Part shown: in pieces, positions 1-8,083 of the stretch
How the letters are laid out: each line of letters begins with the position of its first letter
Numbering within the stretch: position 1 is the stretch's first letter
From: a virus
Lineage: Duplodnaviria > Caudoviricetes
Virus record (IMG/VR): IMGVR_UViG_3300006752_000019
Span: 22,972-86,971 of that record
DNA: 64,000 bases
Strand: one strand, 5' to 3'
The notes under the pieces: generated by a model
What the model was told of the DNA's origin: nothing
The model's input: the letters and a program-made list of their open reading frames with translations, nothing else
Database searches by the model: none
Position numbers and translations under genes: made by a program

Positions 1-469
1 CCAAAGTATACCATGCCGCCTGTTCTCTGAAAAACTTCCAGTGTCTTGTGGTCTTATGGGTTTGATATAGGTTTTCGTCCAGAATGTCGTTTACAAGCTG
101 CTTGCTCCAATCATTGATGTTGATGCAGTAGTTTCCCATGCAATGGCTGTTACAGCTATCTATGGCGTAAGAAAAGCTCTTGTCTGTCTTGTATTCAAGC
201 TCTGGCTTAACAACAACCATGTCGGCATCGAAATTAACAATCGAGTCACCGTCTTTTAAAATACCTTTTTTAATCCAATCCTGCACAAGATAAAATTTCA
301 TCCAAGTGATATTGCCTCGAAAATCGGGAATATCCCAATCGCGGTCTACTTCAATATATTGAATGCCATGACGCTCACAATAATCCTTGTTTTTGGGCGC
401 AATGTAATCTTGATACATTTTCTGTATCACATTATTGTATCGCGCTATAACAAATAGATGCTTATCCAT
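1..469 (-). CDS. Glycosyltransferase, GT34/MNN10-like GT-A (partial, runs off the left edge)
   Basis: Not in the ORF track. Manual translation from ATG 469: MDKHLFVIARY...KDYCERHGIQY...WMKFYLVQ...IVNFDADMVV...CMGNYCI...EQAAW. Contains a DxD motif (DAD). Confidence 0.65.
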   Translation of the reverse strand, partial: MDKHLFVIARYNNVIQKMYQDYIAPKNKDYCERHGIQYIEVDRDWDIPDFRGNITWMKFYLVQDWIKKGILKDGDSIVNFDADMVVVKPELEYKTDKSFSYAIDSCNSHCMGNYCININDWSKQLVNDILDENLYQTHKTTRHWKFFREQAAWYTL

Positions 470-1115
470 AATACCTCCTCATGCATTGGGTTCTGGATTG
501 TGAATGGTCAGGCTGAGAGTGTAAGCCATTGAAAAAACCATCTTGTCTCCTAAGCCTTCTCCTCATAAAACTTGGCACGACTTTTTTATCTAAGAAAGAA
601 GAGACGACAATATCATCTTCTATTCTTGGGTTTTCGGCGCAAACGTCAAATAAATCTTGTGGTATTCTTAGGTTTTGCTTTTTAGCAAATAAAAACCCGC
701 CCTTTATGATATCAACTGTCTGATCTTGTCGAGCAAGGAAGATGTGTTTTTGATCAAAGTAATCTTGTGAATGGTCTATAATTTTAACACCACTGTAACC
801 GATAGCGTCACAATCATTTTTATCAAGATAATCAATAGAGTCCTCGATCATGCGATTGTCTGCAAAGAGCATATCGTCATCTAAGGAAAATACATAATCA
901 GTTGTGACGTAATTTGCCATCAACCATCTTGGCCAGCACATTAAATTCTTAGAAGAATTAATCTGTAGGTCTACGGGATATTCTGTTTTATCTTCAGCAC
1001 AATTATTCCACAAAAAAATATCTACTGATTTCGTTTGTTCGCGCAGATTGGCGATGATGCGATCAAGATTTTTTTGTCTTTCAAATGATAATAATAGTGC
1101 TGTTGCTCTAGTCAT
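462..1115 (-). CDS. GT-A fold glycosyltransferase (GT2-like)
   Basis: LLLSFERQKNLDRII N-terminus and VFSLDDDMLF DxD motif. Start moved to ATG 1115, which forms an ATGA overlap with the upstream stop. Confidence 0.6.
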   Translation of the reverse strand: MTRATALLLSFERQKNLDRIIANLREQTKSVDIFLWNNCAEDKTEYPVDLQINSSKNLMCWPRWLMANYVTTDYVFSLDDDMLFADNRMIEDSIDYLDKNDCDAIGYSGVKIIDHSQDYFDQKHIFLARQDQTVDIIKGGFLFAKKQNLRIPQDLFDVCAENPRIEDDIVVSSFLDKKVVPSFMRRRLRRQDGFFNGLHSQPDHSQSRTQCMRRYYG

Positions 1116-1654
1116 GGTCGTAACAACTCCATCGGCTGTCGATACTCCTTGTAAGGAAGAATCCAGTGGTCGCACTCTGCTAAAACGTCAGAGAGCTTAA
1201 CCATTGTCATAAGGTCTTTGCGATCCTTGCGGGTATAACCTTTGTATAGACAATCTTTTGCCTTGGAGACTTTACTTCTAAGGTTGCAAATCTTTTTAGT
1301 AAGTTCATATAAGTGAGTGTTTTTCGCACACACAAAGAAAATACCAAAGTCGAAAGCGATCCACTCAGGAGTGTTTTGATCGTTGCACCAACCTTTTTTA
1401 CCTTGGACATTCTTGAGTTCAAGAAGGATATTTCCATTTTTGTGGCTATCCTTCAAACCTTTAACATCAAATGTTACCTTATCTTTTACGATAAAATCGA
1501 CATGTGCAATATCGCTTTTTTTACCTGTTTTTTTGATGTTCATTCCTGCCGCCTTGCAGCTATCATAGAATCGTCTTTCGCCGCTTGCTCCTACATTAAT
1601 AGATTTTGCGATGTGTTGTCCAGAGGACATTCCTTGTGCTTTTTTTGAAATCAT
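1112..1654 (-). CDS. PD-(D/E)XK nuclease-family protein
   Basis: GASGERRF...HVDFIV...FDVKGLK fits the E...D...DxK pattern. Start taken at MISKK (1654). Confidence 0.55.
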   Translation of the reverse strand: MISKKAQGMSSGQHIAKSINVGASGERRFYDSCKAAGMNIKKTGKKSDIAHVDFIVKDKVTFDVKGLKDSHKNGNILLELKNVQGKKGWCNDQNTPEWIAFDFGIFFVCAKNTHLYELTKKICNLRSKVSKAKDCLYKGYTRKDRKDLMTMVKLSDVLAECDHWILPYKEYRQPMELLRP

Positions 1655-1658
1655 AGTA

Positions 1659-1967
1659 TTAAAAATATTCTCCTGCGAAATATCGGTCAGAATTAAATGA
1701 CTTATCATCAATATAAAAATCGTATGCTGGTTTGCCCATTTTTAGTTCATGATGCTTGCAGCCCCAATCTTTTAATTGTTGTTCTGTGAGTTGCGTCCAA
1801 TCCTTGCCAGAGTTACCGCCACGAGCAGTCCAGTAGACAATGTGAGCGCCCGACTCGTAAAGTTCATTGATGGCTTTGATGCGATCCTCTATGGGTTGAG
1901 CTTTTTCATACTCTCCATTGGTGAGGGTGCAGATTGTCCCATCAATATCTACAAAGATTTTCTTCAT
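1659..1967 (-). CDS. Small HAD-superfamily phosphatase (capsule-biosynthesis type; candidate GmhB equivalent)
   Basis: Motif I VDIDGT, motif II WTARG, motifs III/IV GKP...YIDDK. Confidence 0.75.
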   Translation of the reverse strand: MKKIFVDIDGTICTLTNGEYEKAQPIEDRIKAINELYESGAHIVYWTARGGNSGKDWTQLTEQQLKDWGCKHHELKMGKPAYDFYIDDKSFNSDRYFAGEYF

Positions 1968-2476
1968 TTAATGCTATTAATGATATTCGTTGAACTTACA
2001 TTATCAAGCAATGGAAGAAATGTCAAATGAATATTCATTTTCTTCGCTATATTTGACTCATATGCGTTTAAACTTGGACTTTTTTCGTAGTCGCCACCTT
2101 TGAACCAAATATCAGGGCGTATCATCTTTAAATACTTGCCGACTGTTTTCTCAGAAAAAACAAAAACATAATCTACGGCAGAGTGGCAAGCGACCATATA
2201 AGCTCGTTGTTTATGTGGTATAATTGGTCGAGAATCTCCCTTGTTGCCTCTGACACTGGAATCACTATTGACTCCCACAATAAGTTTTGCTCCCGCCCCA
2301 AGAGACTCCTTGGCGCAATTTAACAGAGAGGCATGGCCAGCATGAAAAAGGTCGTAGCATCCATTTGTAAACCCAAGACGAGTATGGAGGCCAAATTGTC
2401 TCATGTCGTGAATCTGCCTTATTTCTTTTTGAAGGCTGTCAATCGTGACTATTTTTTTATGTTTTAAATTGTGCAT
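1964..2476 (-). CDS. hldC: D-glycero-beta-D-manno-heptose 1-phosphate adenylyltransferase (RfaE domain II)
   Basis: FTNGCYDLFHAGH, LIVGVNSDSSVR..KG..RPI, AVDYVFVF, KGGDY, SSTNII. Start moved to ATG 2476. Confidence 0.88.
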   Translation of the reverse strand: MHNLKHKKIVTIDSLQKEIRQIHDMRQFGLHTRLGFTNGCYDLFHAGHASLLNCAKESLGAGAKLIVGVNSDSSVRGNKGDSRPIIPHKQRAYMVACHSAVDYVFVFSEKTVGKYLKMIRPDIWFKGGDYEKSPSLNAYESNIAKKMNIHLTFLPLLDNVSSTNIINSIK

Positions 2477-3219
2477 ACACCCTTTTTTGCTACAACTTTG
2501 GCGCAGCATTTCTGTGCGTAATTGATTGATAATTCAATATTTTTGACGACCATATATTTGTAAGCATATGCGGCTAAGAAAGTGTCTCCTGCTCCTGAAA
2601 CATCAAATACCTGAGTTGATTCGCAGGGAAATGTTTGGCCGCGATACGTGCATCCTTCTGCACCCTTGGTGACAATTAGCTTGTCGTTGATATGCTCTCT
2701 GTATGCCTTAAAACCATTTTCTCGATATTCTTTATCATTGATCTTAATAAAATCAAACCAACCAGCATTTGAGGCTGTAAACTTTTTCTTTGTGTCTAAG
2801 AAGGTGATAATGTCTTCTGTTTGTTTTCCAATGTAAGCAAGGTCATTAGTAGAGAGAAAACCTTTATTGTAATCAGAAATTAATACAGCTTCGTAATCGT
2901 CAAAATTAATATCTTCAAGCTTGCGGAAAGAGGTATATGTATCATTATCAACGCGCATAATCATCTGGTTGGATGATTGATCAACATATCGGGTTTTGCT
3001 TCCTTCGCAAGTATTTGTGAAAAGATCAAAACGATTAGTTGTTTCGCCGTGTTTTTTAGCAATGGCTTGGATATTGGCCAATACATTTGCCGCCATGCCA
3101 AGATGGTTGGTTTCGCGGGTTGGGCGAAATACTGGAACTGGAGCTTCTGGACAGATGCGCTCAACTTTTCCATAAATAAACTTGTCGTTGCAAGTTTCTC
3201 CTATAACTAAAATTTTCAT
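2464..3219 (-). CDS. hldA: Heptose-7-phosphate kinase (RfaE domain I, PfkB family)
   Basis: DKFIYGKVERICPEAPVPV, GMAANVLAN, VLISDYNKG, VFDVSGAGDTF. Confidence 0.85.
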   Translation of the reverse strand: MKILVIGETCNDKFIYGKVERICPEAPVPVFRPTRETNHLGMAANVLANIQAIAKKHGETTNRFDLFTNTCEGSKTRYVDQSSNQMIMRVDNDTYTSFRKLEDINFDDYEAVLISDYNKGFLSTNDLAYIGKQTEDIITFLDTKKKFTASNAGWFDFIKINDKEYRENGFKAYREHINDKLIVTKGAEGCTYRGQTFPCESTQVFDVSGAGDTFLAAYAYKYMVVKNIELSINYAQKCCAKVVAKKGVCTI

Positions 3220-3596
3220 CCTTGTGAGTCTCCCTTGCCAATTCGATAAGAGTCGTCATTAAAATGTTGAGTGCTAACCTCAAAAATCATACCTTTGCCT
3301 TGGCTAATGTTTTTAAGCTTGTGTGGAACGCTTGGAAGCAGGTGAACGGTATCGCCTACATTTAATTGAGTGGTTTTTATCTCGGCTTTTTCGAGATCGT
3401 AGTATTCCATTTCAAATATCCCTTGCATCACACCCCATGTTTCTTCTTTTACAACATGATAGTGCATCGAAAATGATGCGCCCTCATTAAATTCTAAAAT
3501 TTTACCACAATACTGGGGGATATTGGCTACCCAAATCTCGCGCCCCCAAGCTTTTTCGTGTTGTTCTACTTTGCCAAAAACAGGTTTTCTCTGCAT
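3216..3596 (-). CDS. Cupin sugar isomerase-like protein (mannose-6-P isomerase / lyxose isomerase-like)
   Basis: KAWGREIW...YCGKIL...SMHYHVVKEETW...PHKL...FEVST cupin metal-binding motifs. Confidence 0.7.
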   Translation of the reverse strand: MQRKPVFGKVEQHEKAWGREIWVANIPQYCGKILEFNEGASFSMHYHVVKEETWGVMQGIFEMEYYDLEKAEIKTTQLNVGDTVHLLPSVPHKLKNISQGKGMIFEVSTQHFNDDSYRIGKGDSQG

Positions 3597-3601
3597 ACCC
3601 G

Positions 3602-3630
3602 ATTATATATGTAAGCAATCAAAAAATCAA
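3602..3630 (-). promoter_or_regulatory. Sigma70 promoter, leaderless type (cupin gene)
   Basis: TTGATT-N17-TATAAT-N5-ATG. Confidence 0.75.
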
Positions 3631-3636
3631 CCTTTT

Positions 3637-3936
3637 TTAGATCTTAATAGTGACAGGAGCAATGCTGGCAATAGAGTTCGAAACCTTTTGGATTTCAACA
3701 CCGCTCATGTTTGAGGCTTTTTCCTTTAGGGTTGAAAGATGTTCTTGGAAATTAACAAATGCTTCGTTTTGCGCGATAAATTGTTTAGTGTTTCCATTGT
3801 AGATGCATGTTTCGTAAACCTCGAAAACTGAAGGGTCGATTTGCTGCTCAATTGGGCAATAAAGAGTGTTGCCCACAACATAGCGAAAAATATCTTCGCT
3901 TTGAATCTTTTTGAGAGAAAGGATGTCGTCTGTCAT
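3637..3936 (-). CDS. Hypothetical protein (99 aa)
   Basis: Co-oriented ORF with its own sigma70-like promoter abutting the ATG. Confidence 0.6.
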   Translation of the reverse strand: MTDDILSLKKIQSEDIFRYVVGNTLYCPIEQQIDPSVFEVYETCIYNGNTKQFIAQNEAFVNFQEHLSTLKEKASNMSGVEIQKVSNSIASIAPVTIKI

Positions 3937-3942
3937 GATTCT

Positions 3943-3971
3943 ATCCTAGTAGGTTTTATATTAAATGTCAA
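3943..3971 (-). promoter_or_regulatory. Sigma70 promoter, leaderless type
   Basis: TTGACA-N17-TAGGAT-N6-ATG. Confidence 0.7.
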
Positions 3972-4633
3972 ATACAAGATTCGACTAATGCGGCCTCGGC
4001 ATCTCGGCGGTAGAGTAGTCCTTTTAAGCCTTTATTTTCCCACAGGCGCTTCATGTTGCGGATTTGTATTGCAATCTCCTTGTAGTCCTTGAGTGGCACT
4101 ACGGCGCGAATGCGGCGCATCTCGGCGCGTGTGGAACCACGCATGGATGCTCCACGATTAAAAACAATAGAAACTAGCGCACCGAAGGCATCGGGGTGAA
4201 GTTCTTCGCATTTTGGAAAAGCTTTTAAGGTGTAGTTGATGAATTTTGGAACAGTTGTTTTTTCAAAGACTGCTACAGCAGCTTCCCAAGGAATATGAAT
4301 ATCCATTACTGTGTCTGCGTGTCGTGAAGCTACATCACCTCGATAACCGCAAACCGCAATCAGTCTATTTAGGTCGCGTCTGGAGAGATGGTTTTCCCAA
4401 TCAGAGCGAATGGTTTCTTCGGAATTATACCCTAAATCATAACCAATACCAATTGTAACTCCGCTTGCTGCTTTTGGCCAAGTCGGATGATCTAGGTATT
4501 TTTCATAGTATGCCTTGCTGCCTACTTCGTATTTCAGTATAAGATCAAGAGATTTGGGGGAAAGAGAATAAATATCTGACTTTTGTGATACTTTTGAGGA
4601 ACCTCTTTTTTTAAACCAACTAAATAAACCCAT
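3968..4633 (-). CDS. Lysozyme-fold muramidase (pesticin C-terminal / GH24-like endolysin)
   Basis: LILKYEVG...TWPKAASGVTIGIGYDLG...ALVSIVFNRG...GLLYRRDAEA. Confidence 0.75.
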   Translation of the reverse strand: MGLFSWFKKRGSSKVSQKSDIYSLSPKSLDLILKYEVGSKAYYEKYLDHPTWPKAASGVTIGIGYDLGYNSEETIRSDWENHLSRRDLNRLIAVCGYRGDVASRHADTVMDIHIPWEAAVAVFEKTTVPKFINYTLKAFPKCEELHPDAFGALVSIVFNRGASMRGSTRAEMRRIRAVVPLKDYKEIAIQIRNMKRLWENKGLKGLLYRRDAEAALVESCI

Positions 4634-4641
4634 ATAATTTT

Positions 4642-5487
4642 TTACACATTATATTTGATGTAGTCCACCACTTTTGTCCACTCTAAATTTCCGATAACTT
4701 TTGTTAGTTTACTGTTGTCAGCCTTTGTATACTGTTGGTATCCTTTTTGAATAGATGGAGGCATTGGAATACGTTCTATTTTTGCGTTATATTTATCGGC
4801 AATTAATTCAGCAACTCTTTCAAAAGAAACATTGTGTCCTGTTCCTACATTATAGACCCCTGTATGGCCGCAATATAACATTCTGTAATGAGCCTCGCAC
4901 ACATCATCAACATGAACAAAGTCCCTGTAAAATCTATCGCTGCAATAGAATAGTTTGATTACGCCGTTTTCTTTGGCTTGTTTTGTGAAGGTGTGGATTG
5001 GGCTGGCTTGTCCTTCCTTGTGATCTTCACATTTTCCGTAGACATTGAAATATCGAAAACCTTGGTATGGAAAAGTTTGTGTTTGAAGCCAAACATCAAA
5101 CATATACTTGCTCAAGGCATACGCATTAATAGGATAACAAAACTGATCTTCTTTGAACACTACATTCTCATGATTACCGTAGACGCTTGCGCTACTAGCA
5201 TATTGGAATTTAGTATTCGTAAGTTTACATTGGTTGTATAGTTCCTGAGAAAAGATAAAGTTTTGCTTGAGGATTTTAGGCAGGTTTTTTTCTGTGGTTG
5301 ACGAGTTTGCGCCAAGATGAATGACTGCACTAAATCCTCTAAGGTCTGGAACGTAATACGCTGATTCACCACCAAACGGGATGTTTTTAACGTCATAACC
5401 AACAACATCAAAATCACGAGCAGACAAATACTCGCACATATTCTGGCCAATAAAACCTTCGCTTCCCGTTACTAAAATTCTAGTCAT
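4642..5487 (-). CDS. hldD: ADP-L-glycero-D-manno-heptose 6-epimerase
   Basis: VTGSEGFIG, HLGANSSTTE, YASSASVYG, YALSK, FRYFNVYG..EDHK, RDFVHVDDV, YQQYTKAD. Confidence 0.88.
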   Translation of the reverse strand: MTRILVTGSEGFIGQNMCEYLSARDFDVVGYDVKNIPFGGESAYYVPDLRGFSAVIHLGANSSTTEKNLPKILKQNFIFSQELYNQCKLTNTKFQYASSASVYGNHENVVFKEDQFCYPINAYALSKYMFDVWLQTQTFPYQGFRYFNVYGKCEDHKEGQASPIHTFTKQAKENGVIKLFYCSDRFYRDFVHVDDVCEAHYRMLYCGHTGVYNVGTGHNVSFERVAELIADKYNAKIERIPMPPSIQKGYQQYTKADNSKLTKVIGNLEWTKVVDYIKYNV

Positions 5488-5492
5488 GCCAC

Positions 5493-5521
5493 ATTATAGC
5501 GGCGTTTAAAGCAAGAGTAAA
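5493..5521 (-). promoter_or_regulatory. Sigma70 promoter, leaderless type (hldD)
   Basis: TTTACT-N17-TATAAT-N5-ATG. Confidence 0.7.
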
Positions 5522-5527
5522 GAAATT

Positions 5528-6937
5528 TTAGATATTATCTTCTTCAACCTGATCTGTGACTTGAACAAGTTCTGGATTCAGGATAAGGATATCTTCTTGG
5601 GCTGGCAAGTCGTCAATATCTACATCTTCAATCATGTCTGAATCAGATGCGGTAATTTCTGAAACCGACTTTGTAGACCACATTTTACAAGACCAGTAGC
5701 GAGCTGAAGTCTTATCCTTGGCAGTGTCGCACTTGTGTCGAGCGCGGAAGTTTTTTCTAGCATCTGGATCGTCACGTTTGATTTCCATGTTTGGATCACC
5801 AAACTTAACCATGATAGTGTTTCCAGTTTTTGGGTTTTTAACATAAACGCCAAACTTCTTTTTGCTGCCAGAAGGCAAACGGAAAGGTTTATTTAAAGTC
5901 TTTTTTTCTGCCTCTGTATAATCAAGGTCTTCGATTTCTTGATAAGACTCGTCATAGGCGGCTACCTTTTCTAAATCTTCGGCGGCAGCAACAAAATCAA
6001 CATCTTCGAAATCAACAAAGGATTGACCTTCTTGTTCAATGTAGTATTCTTCGTGACCCTTTGCAACGTCTTGATCTGCTTCGCGGTAAGATTTTTTAAC
6101 TTTACCTCCGCGCATCATTTTGAGGAACATGTTGACTCTGGCCATTGCCCATGAACCGCGAGTTTGGTTTGGGCGGTGACTAGAACTAAATGCGCCAGCA
6201 CCACGGCGATATACTTTTTTAAGTTGAGAAAGAGTGACTTTTTTAGAGTGCTTGTCGTTGTGTTCCTTAACTTTGTTTTTAAGAGAAGTGGTAACCTTTT
6301 CAGAAAAGGTGATTTTTTTACCATCTTGACCTGCACTACCCTTGGGATTCTTTTTGGAACCCTTTTTGCGCTCACTCGGTTTTGCTGGAGTTTGGGCTGC
6401 GCTTTTTCTGCCAGCTCTTTTTGCTGATTCAGATTCAACAAAATTATTTAATTCTTCTGAGAGAGTTAGTCCCTGTAATCCTTTTGTATAAGAATTACTT
6501 TCTTTTTCAGATACTCCTGCTTTTTTGATATCCAATCTTGCGACCGCGAAATCAAGTTCTTGATAATCAAAAAATACTTTATCGCTAGTCTCTACGTCAT
6601 ATTCCAAATCTCCATCTGCGATATCACGATCTGCAATTTTGTATGCTTTGGAGACTTTCTTGCCTTCATGCATATAGAGAAAGTTATTAACACGAGCGAA
6701 TGCCCATTGCATAGTGCTTTTACCAGCACAGTAAACGCTTTCGGTTACAGATTGACCTCTATTAAAAACACTTATTAGTTGATCAACAGTAACCTTGTCG
6801 TTAAAATTATCATTATGAAGGTTAGCTTTAACCTCCAAATAATCAGAAACACGATCCTCCATAGACAGAGGTTGATCCTCTGATTTCGGGTGCGCTTCTA
6901 AAAATTTACGAGCTTCTTGAGAAAAGTCAACGTCCAT
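5528..6937 (-). CDS. Modular basic/acidic viral protein with a duplicated 'VYxRG...WAxARVNxFL' domain and a C-terminal 'FRARHKC...YWSC' domain
   Basis: Internal repeat is visible in the translation, and a GTGTAA motif lies 10 nt upstream of the ATG. Confidence 0.6.
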   Translation of the reverse strand: MDVDFSQEARKFLEAHPKSEDQPLSMEDRVSDYLEVKANLHNDNFNDKVTVDQLISVFNRGQSVTESVYCAGKSTMQWAFARVNNFLYMHEGKKVSKAYKIADRDIADGDLEYDVETSDKVFFDYQELDFAVARLDIKKAGVSEKESNSYTKGLQGLTLSEELNNFVESESAKRAGRKSAAQTPAKPSERKKGSKKNPKGSAGQDGKKITFSEKVTTSLKNKVKEHNDKHSKKVTLSQLKKVYRRGAGAFSSSHRPNQTRGSWAMARVNMFLKMMRGGKVKKSYREADQDVAKGHEEYYIEQEGQSFVDFEDVDFVAAAEDLEKVAAYDESYQEIEDLDYTEAEKKTLNKPFRLPSGSKKKFGVYVKNPKTGNTIMVKFGDPNMEIKRDDPDARKNFRARHKCDTAKDKTSARYWSCKMWSTKSVSEITASDSDMIEDVDIDDLPAQEDILILNPELVQVTDQVEEDNI

Positions 6938-6953
6938 ATAGTTATGCTTACAC

Positions 6954-7208
6954 TTATTTCAAGTCGAGGGCTTTGTAAGTTTGGACTTTTTGATCGTCCG
7001 TCATTTCTTCAAATTGCTTTTCCAAACTATCTGCTACAAAAGAAGAAACAATCTTAATAGTATCTGTGATCGAGGTAGCATTCATCATCTGTGCATGGAG
7101 AACCTGTTTGAGTTGAAGCTCTTGTTCTTCGGTCAGCGATTCTTTGCCAAATCCAGCGATTGCTTTATTGATATCTGCCGATTCTTGTGGGGTTGTTTTG
7201 TCGCTCAT
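6954..7208 (-). CDS. Hypothetical protein (84 aa)
   Basis: Co-oriented ORF overlapping its neighbour by 4 nt. Confidence 0.6.
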   Translation of the reverse strand: MSDKTTPQESADINKAIAGFGKESLTEEQELQLKQVLHAQMMNATSITDTIKIVSSFVADSLEKQFEEMTDDQKVQTYKALDLK

Positions 7209-7417
7209 TTTTTAAGTTTTTTATTGATTCTGCGGGATTTTCGTGCCATTTTGTTTTTAGTGCGGCGCTTGGCAGTTTTGTTGGCCTTGCTTTGTGCCAG
7301 AAGCTTTCTGCGCTTCATTTGTTTAACAATAGAGGCGATTTGTTCTGGAGAAAGCTGCAATGCAGGAGAATCTTTGGGGGATTCTTGTTGTGCTGTTTCT
7401 TTGTTTTCTTCGCTCAT
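7205..7417 (-). CDS. Small basic protein (70 aa)
   Basis: K/R-rich C-terminal half; overlaps both neighbours by 4 nt. Confidence 0.6.
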   Translation of the reverse strand: MSEENKETAQQESPKDSPALQLSPEQIASIVKQMKRRKLLAQSKANKTAKRRTKNKMARKSRRINKKLKK

Positions 7418-7620
7418 GCGTTATTTTTGGGCTTGGGCTTGCTAACGTAAACGCGCACATCTGCTTCGTTGGAGCCGTCTTTCTTGAAAGTGTTGAGATA
7501 GGCAACAACTTCTTGTCTTTCGCCATTTACCTCAACATAACCAGAATAAAAGTCTCCCTTGGTTCCTTGCCTAAGCCATAGGCCACCACATTCTCTTTGT
7601 TTCCATTCTTCTTTAGACAT
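7414..7620 (-). CDS. DUF736-like small nucleic-acid-binding protein
   Basis: ECGGLWLRQG.KGDFYSG...NTFKK...ADVRVY resembles the DUF736 pattern. Confidence 0.45.
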   Translation of the reverse strand: MSKEEWKQRECGGLWLRQGTKGDFYSGYVEVNGERQEVVAYLNTFKKDGSNEADVRVYVSKPKPKNNA

Positions 7621-7626
7621 AATAAT

Positions 7627-7791
7627 TTAACTCTTGTAACTAAGTTGATTAATCATAGCAGCCTTGTATGGGGCTGGCATACGGGTATAATGTTTTTTAA
7701 ACGTATTGTAGGTTCGCTTTTGGATTGGGTTAGCGTTTTTGGCATCGTATTTCAATGCCTTGCGGATTTTCTTTGCTGTTTTACCACTCAT
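7627..7791 (-). CDS. Small basic protein (54 aa)
   Basis: Below the ORF-track cutoff. Manual translation: MSGKTAKKIRKALKYDAKNANPIQKRTYNTFKKHYTRMPAPYKAAMINQLSYKS. Fills the gap between co-oriented genes. Confidence 0.65.
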   Translation of the reverse strand: MSGKTAKKIRKALKYDAKNANPIQKRTYNTFKKHYTRMPAPYKAAMINQLSYKS

Positions 7792-7794
7792 AAA

Positions 7795-7874
7795 ATTAAA
7801 GGTCGGGAGCTAGAGGACAATGTTCTAATGATATATATGCTTGTAAGTGATTCCTCTAGCTCCCGATTAAAGGT
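7795..7874. repeat. 62-bp element with 14-bp perfect terminal inverted repeats, flanked by a 9-bp direct repeat (MITE-like)
   Basis: ATTAAAGGT (7795-7803), CGGGAGCTAGAGGA (7804-7817), 34-nt spacer, TCCTCTAGCTCCCG (7852-7865), ATTAAAGGT (7866-7874). Confidence 0.8.
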
Positions 7875-8083
7875 TAGACAAGGCTAACTCGTGCAATGCT
7901 GGTCTTAGCCAACTTACGGGTTTGCGAATTGTTGCGGTCATAAACCTCAACATACCTTGGGCTGTCACTACGGAACTGAGCATTGATCGCTTCGCCCTGA
8001 GTAGTGTAAAGGCCAAAGAATCGACCTCGCGAATTACGCATAGCGGTAACCGCACGGCGCTGATTATTGTTTAGTTGCTTCAT
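7874..8083 (-). CDS. Hypothetical protein (69 aa)
   Basis: ORF directly downstream of TTGACT-N17-TAATAT. Confidence 0.65.
   Translation of the reverse strand: MKQLNNNQRRAVTAMRNSRGRFFGLYTTQGEAINAQFRSDSPRYVEVYDRNNSQTRKLAKTSIARVSLV

Noticed and set aside
473-479. AGGAGGT upstream of ATG 469 as a Shine-Dalgarno site
   Set aside because: It is only 3 nt from the start codon and is accounted for by the Arg-Arg-Tyr codons of the upstream gene. It is the only such case noticed.
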